Translations under genes and position numbers: made by a program | Part shown: positions 48,573 to 57,153 of the stretch, piece after piece | Layout: each line of letters starts with the position of its first letter | Numbering within the stretch: the first letter of the stretch is position 1 | Notes under the pieces: generated by a model | Databases searched by the model: none | What the model was told of the DNA's origin: nothing | What the model saw: only the letters and a program-made list of their open reading frames with translations | Source of the DNA: Thermoplasmata archaeon | GTDB lineage: Archaea > Thermoplasmatota > Thermoplasmata > Thermoplasmatales > Thermoplasmataceae | NCBI GenBank assembly: GCA_021810045.1 | Contig: JAJZJR010000004.1 | Span: 18,351-82,350, forward strand | Direction of reading: 5' to 3' | DNA length: 64,000 nt

Positions 48573-49302
48573 GGAGGAACTTATCCAGGCACCAATTGAC
48601 TTCAACATGTACCAGAAAGAGAAGGATTATCTTCAGCACATCGTCCTTTCCAGAGTTTTCTCCAGGACAAGTTCAGAGCTGACATTCAAGGGTGGTACCG
48701 CCATTCAAAAGTGCTTAGGGCTGAACAGGTTCTCTGAGGATCTCGACTTCACCGCCTCTGAAAATTTTAGCAGCGAGAAACTTGAAAGAAGTCTGGAAGA
48801 AATGGGGAGGTTCTACCCATGTTCTGTGTCGAAGGTTGAAAATAATACCTCTCTCAGCTACAAGTTGAAGATAGAGGGGCCTTTGTTTCACGGTCCACTC
48901 TCACTACAAACCATACGAATTGATATAAGCTTGAGGGAAGAGATTCTGCTTACCCCGATAAATCGCATAGTCACCCCACTCTACATTGATCTCCAACCGT
49001 ACATGGTCGTATTCATGGATCCAAGAGAGATTATGTCTGAAAAGATTAGAGCCCTGATGACACGAGCTAAGGCGAGGGACTTGTACGATGTATATTACCT
49101 GTGTCAGAAAAATGTGGCGTTTGATCTGCATCTGGCATCCAGGAAACTTGAATTCTACTCGTTGGAATTTAACAGGGATATTTTGTTGGAAAGGGCGAAC
49201 AGATTAGAATTCCAATGGGAAAAAGAAATTCCTAGTCTGGTAAGGAATGTCCCCAATTTCGATCTTGTTATTTCAACGCTGAGCGAGTTTATCAAGACGT
49301 GA
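48562..49302 (+). CDS. abiEii: AbiEii/AbiGii-family nucleotidyltransferase toxin (DUF1814)
   Basis: LTFKGGTAIQKCLGLNRFSEDLDF is the hallmark GG..L....RFSEDLDF motif. SEKIRALMTRAKARDLYD is the C-terminal motif. Confidence 0.85.
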   Translation: MLNREELIQAPIDFNMYQKEKDYLQHIVLSRVFSRTSSELTFKGGTAIQKCLGLNRFSEDLDFTASENFSSEKLERSLEEMGRFYPCSVSKVENNTSLSYKLKIEGPLFHGPLSLQTIRIDISLREEILLTPINRIVTPLYIDLQPYMVVFMDPREIMSEKIRALMTRAKARDLYDVYYLCQKNVAFDLHLASRKLEFYSLEFNRDILLERANRLEFQWEKEIPSLVRNVPNFDLVISTLSEFIKT

Positions 49303-49378
49303 GAGCATGCTTGTAAAAACCACATTTGACCACAGAGACCAGGTTTTCAAACTGTCTGGTCAGCAACTGATTGATATT

Positions 49379-49549
49379 CTATTTAGTATTAGAGAAGTTC
49401 AGAATTTCCACTCCAATGAGCTGCCCTTTCTGGTTTATGTCGATAATGAGTCCTTCATTCACCTCAAGGGATTCCTCTACCTTGCCGCCATTTATCTTTA
49501 TATACGCGGAATCAGCCTGGGGATCATGGTCGATGACATATTTTGACAC
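49379..49549 (-). CDS. DUF2283-like small protein (56 aa, GTG start; below ORF-track cutoff)
   Basis: My translation: (M)SKYVIDHDPQADSAYIKINGGKVEESLEVNEGLIIDINQKGQLIGVEILNFSNTK*. It fits the DUF2283 pattern (YD.eaDalYI.l....v.e s.e....i.vD.d..G.liGiEIL.as). Confidence 0.55.
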   Translation of the reverse strand: MSKYVIDHDPQADSAYIKINGGKVEESLEVNEGLIIDINQKGQLIGVEILNFSNTK

Positions 49550-49688
49550 AAATCTACATGATTCATTTGCCTAAAAACAATTTCTTATTCTGTCAGGACA
49601 TCAGATAAATCGCTCGAACATTTATATTTCAAGGATGTGAAAAAATGACGGAATTGGGCACAAAGCATGAATCCGGACATAGAACAGA

Positions 49689-49761
49689 TGGGGCTGCCCG
49701 GATTTGGACCGGAGTCTCAGGCTCCCAAAGCCCGTAGGATACCAAGCTACCCCACAGCCCC
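49689..49761 (-). tRNA. tRNA-Pro (anticodon UGG)
   Basis: The reverse complement is GGGGCTGTGGGGTAGCTTGGTATCCTACGGGCTTTGGGAGCCTGAGACTCCGGTCCAAATCCGGGCAGCCCCA. It has a 7-bp acceptor stem, an anticodon arm CGGGC-TTTGGGA-GCCTG and a T-arm TCCGG-TCCAAAT-CCGGG. The exact junctions of the D-arm and variable region were not fully resolved by hand. Confidence 0.8.
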
Positions 49762-49815
49762 ATTGGGAATTAGTAAAGTGCAAGCTCATTAAAAAATTAA
49801 CGCAAACATGTGCAG

Positions 49816-50253
49816 TTAAGATTCAGGTTCCTTGTACTTGAAGGGAAGCAGGTCTTTCATGTAGACTTTTTTCAGGCCTTCTGCTGTTTTTATTATGACT
49901 TTGGTATCAGGATCGTAGTCAGTAATCATCTCCCTGCACATGCCGCATGGGGAAACAACTTCATAATCGGGCCTCCCCCGCTTTTCATTTGGATGCTTCA
50001 CTGCTACAATGGTGTCCAGTTTCTCGTGACCCGCCATAATGGCATTGGCCATGGCAATGGGTTCTGCACATATGGAGATCCTTCCCACAGTAGCATCAAA
50101 GTGTATTGAGGAGAAAACTTCACCATCTTTCGTTCTCAGTGAGGCACCAATGCTGTGCCAGTTCTCTTTGTATCCCTTCTTGATGGTTCCTTTGGCAGTT
50201 TCAATGAGTTTCAGGTCATCATCTGTGATTGGAAGCTCTTGAGGCGCATTCAT
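49816..50253 (-). CDS. cdd: cytidine deaminase (homotetrameric type)
   Basis: Zinc ligand motifs ICAEPIA and SPCGMCREMI. First ATG is at 50253; the tracked TTG start is at 50274. Confidence 0.85.
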   Translation of the reverse strand: MNAPQELPITDDDLKLIETAKGTIKKGYKENWHSIGASLRTKDGEVFSSIHFDATVGRISICAEPIAMANAIMAGHEKLDTIVAVKHPNEKRGRPDYEVVSPCGMCREMITDYDPDTKVIIKTAEGLKKVYMKDLLPFKYKEPES

Positions 50254-50532
50254 GTCATGTGTACCGCAAACCAAGAGAAAAGATTGTTCTTAGAAACAAA
50301 AAAATAGTGTCTGATAATTTACAGGTGCCACAATGATGAATTCAGCCTAGTCTGAAAAAGTGATGATCGACGGGCAGACTGAGTGGTTTTCTTATTTTTG
50401 TATGTGTCAGGATACTGGCTGTTCTGAAGACGATTAGAAATGAAATCAATAAATATAAGATATTTATTCAGGACTATCAACTGCGGAATGGCGTTTCCGC
50501 GTTAAATAAAACCGCCAGCGCGGGTCTGGCTA

Positions 50533-51507
50533 ATGACGCCTGGCAAGCGCATGGTGGTTAACATAGACAACATAACGTTAGTTGAAACGCTACTACAGTA
50601 TTTCTTCATTGTAGGGCTATCTCCGCTCTTTGCTGGAATATTCAGCAAAGTAAAGAGCATGGTGGAATCGAAGAAAGGGCCAAGCATATTACAGCCCTAT
50701 TATGATCTGGCAAAACTCCTGAAAAAAGAGACACTGAGACCGAAAGGCTCGGGAATTGTTTTCATTTACGCACCCTACGTAATCTTCGGGATTTATTCCC
50801 TGATTTCACTGATCATTCCGGCACTCATTCCTGATCCTATTTATTTTACGGCCTCTACAGATTTCCTCGGGGGTGCCATAATGCTTCTGCTTGCTGCTTT
50901 CATAAAAATTGCGGCAGCGTTCGGGAGCAACAGCAATTATTCTGCCCTCGGTGTCTCCAGGATGCTGTCATTCAATTTCCTGGCTGAGGGAACCTTAATC
51001 ACGGTTTTCTTTGCGGTTTCCCTGATCACTTCCACGAACAACCCTTATACAACAAATCATTTTCTAGCTGCAAACCCGCTGCAGAACATATCTGTTGTAC
51101 ACATTTTCTCAACACTGGCATTCTTCATGCTTTTCCTATATGAAACAGGGAAGGTACCGGTAGAAAGCGAAGGCCTGATGGAATTTGGAATGATAGATGC
51201 AGCTACAAATTATGAGTACAGCGGAAAACTGCTGGCCATAAGCAAGTGGAATGGATACATCAAGCAGTTTCTGCTGGGTTCCATTCTACTCAATGTTTTC
51301 CTGGTACCATGGTGGCTCAATCCAACATTTCCGTGGGTTTTCCTTAACATACCCGTGATGTTTGCAAAATGGCTTTTACTCATAGGAATAGTACTTGTCG
51401 TCGAGACAACACTGGCAAAACTCAGGCTGTTCAGGGTTCTGGATTATCTTGCAACTGCCTTCGCTTTCTCCATACTGTTTCTCATATTCACTGAGGTGAT
51501 GCTGTGA
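50533..51507 (+). CDS. NuoH/HycD/HyfC-like membrane subunit of a group-4-hydrogenase/complex-I-like module
   Basis: KGPSILQPYYDLAKLLKKE and ESEGLMEFGMIDAATNYEYSGKLLA correspond to conserved HycD/NuoH motifs. Confidence 0.8.
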   Translation: MTPGKRMVVNIDNITLVETLLQYFFIVGLSPLFAGIFSKVKSMVESKKGPSILQPYYDLAKLLKKETLRPKGSGIVFIYAPYVIFGIYSLISLIIPALIPDPIYFTASTDFLGGAIMLLLAAFIKIAAAFGSNSNYSALGVSRMLSFNFLAEGTLITVFFAVSLITSTNNPYTTNHFLAANPLQNISVVHIFSTLAFFMLFLYETGKVPVESEGLMEFGMIDAATNYEYSGKLLAISKWNGYIKQFLLGSILLNVFLVPWWLNPTFPWVFLNIPVMFAKWLLLIGIVLVVETTLAKLRLFRVLDYLATAFAFSILFLIFTEVML

Positions 51508-52151
51508 TACTTACTGCAGAAGACCTTCTTATCCCGATTTCAAGTCTGATTCTCATAACTGCATTCTACATGCAGGGACAGGAATTCATCAGGCCAATGA
51601 TTCGCGGTCAGTTTGTACAGTCCATTCTCCTGGCAGTGGTGTCAGTTATAATGTGGTACCTGACGCATGACATTGATTTCATTGTACTTGCTGTCCTGAT
51701 AGTTGTTCTTAGGGGTTTCCTCATTACATACTTCCTGGAGAAAGGTATCAGGAAGGATCAGGTACACCTCCATGAAAAGCATGTGAGTGTTGCATTTCCT
51801 TTCCTTATCAGCCTTGTCTTTGTTCTGACAGCTGTCCTGATCGTTTATTCAGTGGTTTTTTCAAGCATAAGGATAGAATCCATCACCGGGAACCAGGGGA
51901 TTCTTGTATTCCCACTGGCACTGTTCTTCCAGGGGCTTTTCCTTATTGCTTCAAGGAGAACAACCTATGCACAGATAATGGGATACATAGAGGAAGAGAA
52001 CGCAATCGTTCTCTTTGCCGTATTCCTTCTCCCAATACCGCTGCTTATTGAGGCCAGTGTTTTTCTTGACGTCCTGGCACTGGTTGTTATCTCATCGGTT
52101 GTGGTGTTGGAGAAATTCACTCATGAAAGAGTGGAGGAGTTGAAAGGATGA
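51504..52151 (+). CDS. HyfE-like small membrane subunit
   Basis: 215 aa polytopic protein. Its position and size match hydrogenase-4 component E. ATGA-type overlaps occur on both sides. Confidence 0.6.
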   Translation: MILTAEDLLIPISSLILITAFYMQGQEFIRPMIRGQFVQSILLAVVSVIMWYLTHDIDFIVLAVLIVVLRGFLITYFLEKGIRKDQVHLHEKHVSVAFPFLISLVFVLTAVLIVYSVVFSSIRIESITGNQGILVFPLALFFQGLFLIASRRTTYAQIMGYIEEENAIVLFAVFLLPIPLLIEASVFLDVLALVVISSVVVLEKFTHERVEELKG

Positions 52152-53494
52152 ATTCAGTTTTCTTATTGCTTATAATAACACTTATCTTCCCGGTAGTTTC
52201 TTATCTGGGGTATCTGTCAAGAATCCCAAGGCTTGACAGTGCAATTTCACTGGCCAACGTTGCATTAGCACTGTATCTGTATGAATTCATACCATATGTT
52301 GGGACATTTTATGTGGATTTCACAACGTGGGTATTCATATTGATGGTTACTTCAATACATCTCCTTTCACAGGTTTATGCAAGGAGTTACTTCCAGAATC
52401 ATAAGATTGGCATAGGGGAGAATCTGTTTTACCTGCTGATGGGACTGTTTACAACATCGATGCTCTTCTCTCTGGAGATTAACAATCTCGGTCTCATGTG
52501 GGTAGGTATAGAGGCTACCACAATATCCTCGGCACTTCTCCTGATGGCAGAGAAAAGTGAAACTTCAGCAGAAGCGACATGGAGATACATTGTTATTGTT
52601 TCAGCAGGTGTAACATTTGCATTCATCTCAATTATCCTCATTTATTATTCATTGGGAACCCTCCAGATTTCATCCATCCTGGGCATGAAAATCGTTCCCT
52701 CTCTTACCCTGAACGTGGCGGTCGCAATAGCCCTTATTGGATTTGGCACGAAAGTTGGTGTTTTCCCTGTGCACACATGGCTCCCTGACGCACACAGCGA
52801 AGCTCCGTCACCAATAAGTGCCATGTTTTCCGGGGTTCTCCTGCCAACCGCCTTATACGTTCTGTACAGGATTTACCAGATCGATCCTCTCAGGGATATA
52901 TTTGTCTGGGCAGGGGTCATATCGGTCATTGCAGCATCCCTGTTCCTAGGATACCAGACACGATACAAGAGAATGTTTGCATATTCAACAATGGAGAACA
53001 TGAACCTGGCACTGATCGGCCTGGCTGTAGGAGGGCCTTATGGACTCATTGGTGCACTCCTGCTGCTTCTTTCCCACAGTTTCGGGAAGGCTGGGGCTTT
53101 CTACTCGTCAGGAAGCATCCTCCGTTATACGGGAAACAAGAAAATCGAAGGAGTCCACGGCCTCTGGAAATCCATGCCGAAAACATCCGGTGCGTTGCTC
53201 ATGTCATCCTTTGCCGTTACAGGAACACCTCCATTCGGCACATTCTTCGGGGAATTCCTCATATTCTATGCACTGTTCTCAATACATTATTACGCACAGC
53301 TTGTTATTCTGCTGTTCTTCATAATGGCGGCGTTCATTTCCGTCAATTACAACGTTACAAAGATGGTCTTTTCAGGGGAAGGTGAAAAGAACGGAAACGA
53401 GGATTCTGTCATGTCAGGAATCGCGGTCCTGTCATCAGTGATCCCACTTCTCATTGGTATAATATATGTGGTGGTGACAACAGTTGCATTATAA
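52148..53494 (+). CDS. NuoN/HyfF-like Mrp-antiporter-type membrane subunit
   Basis: Contains VFPVHTWLPDAHSEAPSPISA, the signature of NuoL/M/N-type proton-pumping subunits. Confidence 0.8.
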   Translation: MNSVFLLLIITLIFPVVSYLGYLSRIPRLDSAISLANVALALYLYEFIPYVGTFYVDFTTWVFILMVTSIHLLSQVYARSYFQNHKIGIGENLFYLLMGLFTTSMLFSLEINNLGLMWVGIEATTISSALLLMAEKSETSAEATWRYIVIVSAGVTFAFISIILIYYSLGTLQISSILGMKIVPSLTLNVAVAIALIGFGTKVGVFPVHTWLPDAHSEAPSPISAMFSGVLLPTALYVLYRIYQIDPLRDIFVWAGVISVIAASLFLGYQTRYKRMFAYSTMENMNLALIGLAVGGPYGLIGALLLLLSHSFGKAGAFYSSGSILRYTGNKKIEGVHGLWKSMPKTSGALLMSSFAVTGTPPFGTFFGEFLIFYALFSIHYYAQLVILLFFIMAAFISVNYNVTKMVFSGEGEKNGNEDSVMSGIAVLSSVIPLLIGIIYVVVTTVAL

Positions 53495-54653
53495 ATTTGG
53501 TGAACCGGCAGGAAGGTACATTGGGCCCGGGGGAAACTATCATGTGTATTCCAGCACTATTTCTGATGTTCCTCCGGAAGGTTTCGAGGAATTGCCTGTG
53601 CACAAAATGGCCCCTGGAGAATTTAATTTCCAGTACGGTCCTTCCACGGGCGGCCTTGTTGAATCAGCAGGTCTGCAGTTTATCACGCCTGGAGAGATGA
53701 TCAATTCAGTACAGGTGGATCCGACCTACAAGACAAGAAAACTGAAAATGAAAGGCCTGGACATTGAAAGGGCAATTCTGACGGTTGAGAGGATAAACGG
53801 ATTCCACGCCTCAAGCAATACTATTGCCTTCATTCTCGCTGTTGAAGAGGCATTGGGCATGGAACCCGACGAGGAAGTGCAGAAGGCAAGGATACTCCAG
53901 CTTGAGCTCGAAAGGATAAGGAGTAACTTCGAGGTACTGAAAAGAATGGGCGAACCGGCTGGATTCGGGGTTCCTGTTAACCAGATCGGTTTTCTCAGGG
54001 AAAGGGTTTCGCGGATCATATCAAAGGCTGCAGGTCACAGGTTCTTCTTTGGTGTGAATTCACCGGGTTCAGCTCTGATATCAAATTCCGGCCTCAACGA
54101 GAAACTCTCAGAAATCAGAAAGGAATTTGACAGGATATTTTCAGGACTCCTTCAGTCAAAGATTTTCCTGAACAGGCTTCAGAACAGCTGTATCACAAAA
54201 GGGAAGTTCCTCACAGGTCCTGCTGCAAGAGCTGCAGGCCTAAGATACGATGCAAGGGAAGACTCAGATTCCCTCCCATATGATGAAACGCCTTTCGTTC
54301 CCGTCGTACATGAGGACGGGGACATATTCAGCAGAATGATTGTGAGGGGTGAAGAGATCTTCAATTCTTTTGATATAATCTCTTCCCTGGGAACGGTCAG
54401 GGAGACTCCAGGAATAAAGGTGGAGAAAGGAACCGGAGAAGGTTCTGCCAGAGTGGAAAGTCCTCAGGGCGATATTTTCTATTATGTAAAGGTCAACAAT
54501 GGAACGCTGGAGGATGTCTGGTACGTTACTCCAGGTACACTAAATGTAAGGGCATTCATGGAATCAATGAAAGGAAACCTGTTTCCGGATTTCCATTTCA
54601 ACTGGGAGAGTTTTGGCATCTGGATATCAGAACTGGGGGTGGAAATACAATGA
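53484..54653 (+). CDS. NuoD/[NiFe]-hydrogenase large-subunit-like protein lacking all metal-ligand cysteines
   Basis: ERINGFHASSN occupies the place of the ERxCGxCxxxH motif. LELERIRSNFEVL aligns with the E.eRi.sHl helix. The C-terminus has no DPCxxC. The 389 aa contain only one Cys (NSCITKG). Confidence 0.7.
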   Translation: MHYKFGEPAGRYIGPGGNYHVYSSTISDVPPEGFEELPVHKMAPGEFNFQYGPSTGGLVESAGLQFITPGEMINSVQVDPTYKTRKLKMKGLDIERAILTVERINGFHASSNTIAFILAVEEALGMEPDEEVQKARILQLELERIRSNFEVLKRMGEPAGFGVPVNQIGFLRERVSRIISKAAGHRFFFGVNSPGSALISNSGLNEKLSEIRKEFDRIFSGLLQSKIFLNRLQNSCITKGKFLTGPAARAAGLRYDAREDSDSLPYDETPFVPVVHEDGDIFSRMIVRGEEIFNSFDIISSLGTVRETPGIKVEKGTGEGSARVESPQGDIFYYVKVNNGTLEDVWYVTPGTLNVRAFMESMKGNLFPDFHFNWESFGIWISELGVEIQ

Positions 54654-55273
54654 GTAACTTCTGGTTTGGCGAAGGCCTCAGAAAAGGAAGGAAAACCGAG
54701 AGGTTTCCACATGCTCCGCCGGAAGAGCCGCCGTTGTGGCCATCTGTCCTGGAAGGGAGTACAGATACATTCTGCCCTACGGATGCAATAAAGGATGGAA
54801 AATGGGATTCAGGGAAATGTATATCCTGCAGGCTCTGCATGCCTGAATTCAGGCCAACAGGAAAACAGGACACATTCCTCATAAAGAAGACCGAGCCTGC
54901 GCTGAAAAAGTCATTTTACCTTTACAAGCTGGATACCGGTGCATGTGGTGCATGCAACATAGAGCTCGGAACAATATTTGATCCTCAGTACGATGCAAAC
55001 AGGCTCAATATTTTCATAACAAGCTCACCAAGGCATGCAGATGCAATCGTTGTCATGGGCATCCAGACAGAAGGCATGAAGGAAGCACTTAAGAACGCAT
55101 ATGAGGCAATGCCTGAACCAAAGTTGATTATTTCACTGGGAACCTGTGCCATATCAGGTGGGATCCTTGGGGATTCACCCATGAGCAGGGATGAATACCA
55201 CATTGAAATCGCAGGCTGTCCACCATCGCCATATACGATACTTGAGGCCATAGCAAAGGCCAGGGGTGAGTAA
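54650..55273 (+). CDS. NuoB/HycG-like small subunit fused to an N-terminal half-ferredoxin motif
   Basis: The NuoB core is GACGACNIEL...SSPRHADAIVVMG...GTCAISGGI...AGCPPSP, giving four Cys for one 4Fe-4S. The N-terminal CPTDAI...CISCRLC adds a C-P plus CxxCxxC set. Confidence 0.75.
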   Translation: MSNFWFGEGLRKGRKTERFPHAPPEEPPLWPSVLEGSTDTFCPTDAIKDGKWDSGKCISCRLCMPEFRPTGKQDTFLIKKTEPALKKSFYLYKLDTGACGACNIELGTIFDPQYDANRLNIFITSSPRHADAIVVMGIQTEGMKEALKNAYEAMPEPKLIISLGTCAISGGILGDSPMSRDEYHIEIAGCPPSPYTILEAIAKARGE

Positions 55274-57025
55274 ATGTTTACATACCTTGCAATAGCAATA
55301 CTTGGAATATCTGCCTTGGCGGGAGTATTCTGGAGGCCCGGTGCATATGCGGGCACAATAATCGGATCCGCATACTTCATTCTTTCCGGCTTCAACCCGG
55401 CTGACCAGATGTCATATTTTGTACTCATAGCCTCACTTGTGTGGATCATTGTCTCACTTTATTCCATGTCATACGACAGGAAATACGGAAAGTGGCTCGC
55501 ACCATCTCTGGCTCTTATGATTATGGGCATGATGATAATCCTGCAGTCTACAAATTATCTGCTGCTCATAACGGGCTGGGAAATAATGTCTGTACCTGCA
55601 TACCTGATCGTTGGGCTGAACAGGAGGGAGAGTTCACCTGCCTTCACCTTCATGATGTTCAGTGAGTTCAGTACCATCCTCATAATTGCCGGATCAGTTT
55701 ACGCTTTCTTTGTCACCGGGACACTCAGTTTCTCCTATGTGTCTTCATACGGACCTCTGTTGCTCATTTCACTGGGTGCAATAATAAAAATGGGGATGAC
55801 ACCGTTCATGATCAGTGAGTGGCTGCCCATCGCCCATGGAAATGCACCTGCGAACGCATCTGCGGTTCTTAGTGCAACAATGACTCTCATGGGTGTTTAC
55901 GTTATCATGAAAATGATACTCCAGAGCCCTGACAATATGGGTGTGGGATATCTGTTCCTCGCAATAGGATCAGTTTCCATTCTCTTCTCATCCATATATG
56001 CTTACATATCCGAGAACATGAAGATGCTTGCTGGATTCAGTACAATCGAAAACAATGCGGCCATTTTGTCGGCAATGGGTCTCTATCTGGTGGCCTCTAC
56101 ATCTGTACTAAGGGAGTTCATTTTCATTACAATCATCATCTTTGCACTTGCCCATTCAATTTCCAAGACAGGACTTTTCCTCTCAATAGGGAATTCTCCG
56201 GGGGAATTTTTTGGACAGAGCGACCATCCCACCTCTTACACTCAGAGGGTTGGGACCATGCTTACGACAATGTCTCTATCAGGTCTGTTTCCAACACTTG
56301 GCGGCCTGGCTACATGGATGCTTCTTGAATCCTTTTTCATGGAAGCATATTCTGGTGGAGCAACAGGAATAACTGCCATAGTGATAGGTTCCCTCATTGC
56401 AATGGGCGAAGGGATGGCAATGGGTTCAATGATGAAGATCCTTGCCTTCGGAAACATATTCCGCAGGAAACTTGAAACAAAACAGGAACCCAATCACATC
56501 ATAATATCAGGGGTAGGTCTTCTGCTCATCTTCCTTTTTGGAATTTCAGTACTCATCGTGTCAGGCACTTTTCTTTCAGGCATACCGAGCATACTGATAT
56601 TCAATGGATACATGATAACATCAAGATTCGGACCTGCCGATTTTGGCCTTATCTCCCCTGATTATATCCTGATTCTCATAACTGTGTTCTCACTGGTGGC
56701 TTATGCAGTGTTCAGGAAACCAAGACTCAGGGAAGTTCCTGTATGGAACGGAGGTGCCGTTGAGGTTGATTCATACACTTCATTTGCCTTTTCCAACAAT
56801 ATCAGGTTAATGCTGAAGCGGCTGCTGAGAACAAAAACAGGCTCATTGGGGAGTTCTGTGACTGTAATTGATGTTTTCTGGTTACTAATGACTGACATAG
56901 GAAAGGGCTACAAGGCCATGAGCAAGTTCATCACCCTCAGGATCATGAACAGCTCAATCGGCTGGTACATGATCTACATGATTGCAGCCTTCATGGTGAT
57001 AATGGTGATCGCAGTAAAGATGTGA
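55274..57025 (+). CDS. NuoL/HyfB-like Mrp-antiporter-type membrane subunit
   Basis: 583 aa polytopic protein. The MTPFMISEWLPIAHGNAPANASAVLSA region parallels the NuoL/M/N signature. Confidence 0.75.
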   Translation: MFTYLAIAILGISALAGVFWRPGAYAGTIIGSAYFILSGFNPADQMSYFVLIASLVWIIVSLYSMSYDRKYGKWLAPSLALMIMGMMIILQSTNYLLLITGWEIMSVPAYLIVGLNRRESSPAFTFMMFSEFSTILIIAGSVYAFFVTGTLSFSYVSSYGPLLLISLGAIIKMGMTPFMISEWLPIAHGNAPANASAVLSATMTLMGVYVIMKMILQSPDNMGVGYLFLAIGSVSILFSSIYAYISENMKMLAGFSTIENNAAILSAMGLYLVASTSVLREFIFITIIIFALAHSISKTGLFLSIGNSPGEFFGQSDHPTSYTQRVGTMLTTMSLSGLFPTLGGLATWMLLESFFMEAYSGGATGITAIVIGSLIAMGEGMAMGSMMKILAFGNIFRRKLETKQEPNHIIISGVGLLLIFLFGISVLIVSGTFLSGIPSILIFNGYMITSRFGPADFGLISPDYILILITVFSLVAYAVFRKPRLREVPVWNGGAVEVDSYTSFAFSNNIRLMLKRLLRTKTGSLGSSVTVIDVFWLLMTDIGKGYKAMSKFITLRIMNSSIGWYMIYMIAAFMVIMVIAVKM

Positions 57026-57153
57026 CCTCCTCCCACATATGAAGAAGGTGGGCTTTCCCGCTCATAGTGGTAAATCACCGGCTCTATTTTCTTAAGGATA
57101 ATTAAATCGCCACAATCCAAAATATTATTTACTTTTAAAAATTTAAAGTTACG

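Noticed and set aside
49307-49574. Two plus-strand ORFs (79 and 67 aa) after abiEii
   Set aside because: The minus strand gives a much better family-like product (DUF2283). The plus-strand translations show no motif.
50483-50530. Two short GC-rich hairpins (GCGGAA/TTCCGC and GCCAG/CTGGC) just before the first gene of the Ehr-like cluster
   Set aside because: The stems are only 5-6 bp, there is no recognisable riboswitch or known motif, and they could arise by chance. They are worth revisiting only if transcript data show a long 5' UTR.
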